Below, in pieces: positions 24,163 to 25,612 of a stretch of 25,612 nt of DNA. The DNA lies in the NCBI GenBank assembly GCA_021432655.1, contig MU271335.1, positions 62,001 through 87,612 on the forward strand. The letters run 5' to 3'. Made by a program: the position numbers and the translations under genes. This DNA comes from Atractiella rhizophila. Its lineage: Eukaryota. Below the pieces are notes generated by a model. That model was not told where the DNA came from. It made no database searches and was given only the letters and a program-made list of their open reading frames with translations. The stretch's first letter is position 1. Each line of letters starts with the position of its first letter.

Positions 24163-25612
24163 GCAACGAGGGATTGCAGTTTGCTGCTCCAACTGACTGC
24201 TCCGTTGCCTATCTTGAGGAGATAGCCTCCCGTAGAACGTCCAGTATCCTTGCACCCAGCAAAATCTGCATCGCAGAAGGCGTGAAAAGGCTGCTTGAGG
24301 TCAAAACCAGTTGCAGAATACTCAATTCCTAAGTTCTGAGTGCCTTTGAGGTATCGTAGAAGATGCTTGGCCGCTTCCCAGTGCTTCTTTCCTGGGTTAG
24401 AGAGGTATTTTCCGAGGACAGAGACTGCATGAGCGATATCTGGACGAGTAGAGATGGCCAAGTACATCATAGAGCCAACAACGTTGCTGTAAGGGATTGT
24501 GCGCATTTCTTCGTGTTCTTCCTTTGTCTGAGGGCAGTCCTGCTGCTGAGACCGTGTCCAACGTTGAGAGGAGTGAGGACAGGGTTGCAGTCGTCCATCT
24601 GTTGGCGTTCTAGGAGGTCCTTAACATACTGTTCTTGATCCAACCACATCATTCTTCGCTTTCTATCCCTCCTAATACGAACCCCAAGTAGGAATTCCGT
24701 TGGTCCAAGGTCTCTAAGCTTGAATTGCTTCCCTAACTCCCTCTTGAAGTTCTCCACAGCACCCTTTGATGTGCTAGCGATCGTAATATCATCCACAAAG
24801 ACTGGGACAAGTACTTTGATGTCCCCCTTCGAGTAAATCCACAGACTAGAGTCGCTCTTGATCTTCTTAAATCCCATATCAACGAGTTCCTTATCGAGTT
24901 TCTTCTGCCATTGACACCCTCCTTGCCTTGTGCCATAGATGGCCTTGATTAGCTTGAGAACGTACTCTGGAGGACCCTGTGGATGACCTTCTGGTTGTTG
25001 TGCATAGACCTCTGCATCCATATCGCCATTTAGGAATGCCGTAGAGATATCCACTGACTCCAACTCCATGTCCAAGACACAAGCGAGCGAAAGGATCGTC
25101 CTAAGTGTCGCCCATTTGACCGTCGATGCGAAAGTATCAAAGTAGTCAAATCCAGGGCGTTGGGAGAACCCCTTGATGACGAATCTGGCCTTAAAGCACT
25201 CGATAGAACCATCCGACTTCTTCTTCACCGCAAACACCCATCGAGACCCAACGATTTTTGCTCCTTTAGGCGGTTTGACCAGAATCCAACTCTTGTTGTC
25301 CAAGTGAGATTGAATCTCCTTCACTGTCGCTTCATGCCATTCCTTCGCATTCGGGCTTGCCATCGCTCTTGAATATGACTGAGGGACCTCTACTCCTGTT
25401 GCTGCACTCTTGGCATGCTCTGTGACAAGCATATAGCCATATTCCATCGCCTCTGGCTCGGTGAGTATGTCACATTCCTTTACCAACATCCCAAGCTCGT
25501 CTGTTGACCCTTCGTCGTTGTTTTGAGGTGCTTCTGGGGTCCTAAATCTGTCGACAGGTCGTCCTCTACTCGTAGAATAAATTCTTGAAGGCCTGGTGAC
25601 AGGGGGAGGTGT
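24163..25612 (-). mobile_element. Ty1/copia pol fragment: reverse transcriptase and start of RNase H, one frameshift near 24545; frame open to the window edge
   Basis: SRWVFAVK, FKARFVIKGFSQRPGFDYFDTFA, VDISTAFLNG, KAIYGTRQ, VFVDDI, LRDLG...FLLGVRI; after a frame change, PYSNVVGSMMYLAISTRPDIAHAV and FCDADFAG...RSTGGY...VSWSSKLQ. Confidence 0.95.

Noticed and set aside
24000..24506. 168-aa ORF as one protein
   Set aside because: It reads through the N gap into complemented sequence; only 24163-24506 is real copia RT/RNase H.

Overview
Fungal genomic DNA, most likely a basidiomycete (all six introns found are 45-48 nt). Bases 1-9318 read normally: the 3' end of a PX-associated (YPR097W/Lec1-like) gene, a three-exon CE4 polysaccharide deacetylase (-), a complete four-exon pentafunctional AROM gene (ARO1, +, one GC-AG intron), and a nest of decayed Ty1/copia elements. 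The dominant feature is that 9319-24137 (~14.8 kb) is written as the COMPLEMENT WITHOUT REVERSAL of real sequence. Complemented base by base, 10108-19423 reproduces 1-9318 at a ~10.1 kb offset, 9319-10107 gives the ~790 bp upstream of the window, and 19424-24137 gives further copia LTRs and pol fragments, including a noisy homologue of 24163-25612. No known polymerase mechanism makes such a copy, and the block carries homopolymer indels and ends at a 25-N gap. I therefore read it as an assembly or gap-filling artefact rather than a new biological system, and the listed ORFs inside it are spurious. Decoded, it is still informative. It appears to hold a second haplotype, shows that the left contig ends 8 bp into a nested LTR, and reveals an LTR with two back-to-back ATGA(C/G)TCAT sites plus a hairpin shared among LTRs. 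After the gap, 24163-25612 is a normal minus-strand copia reverse transcriptase region.
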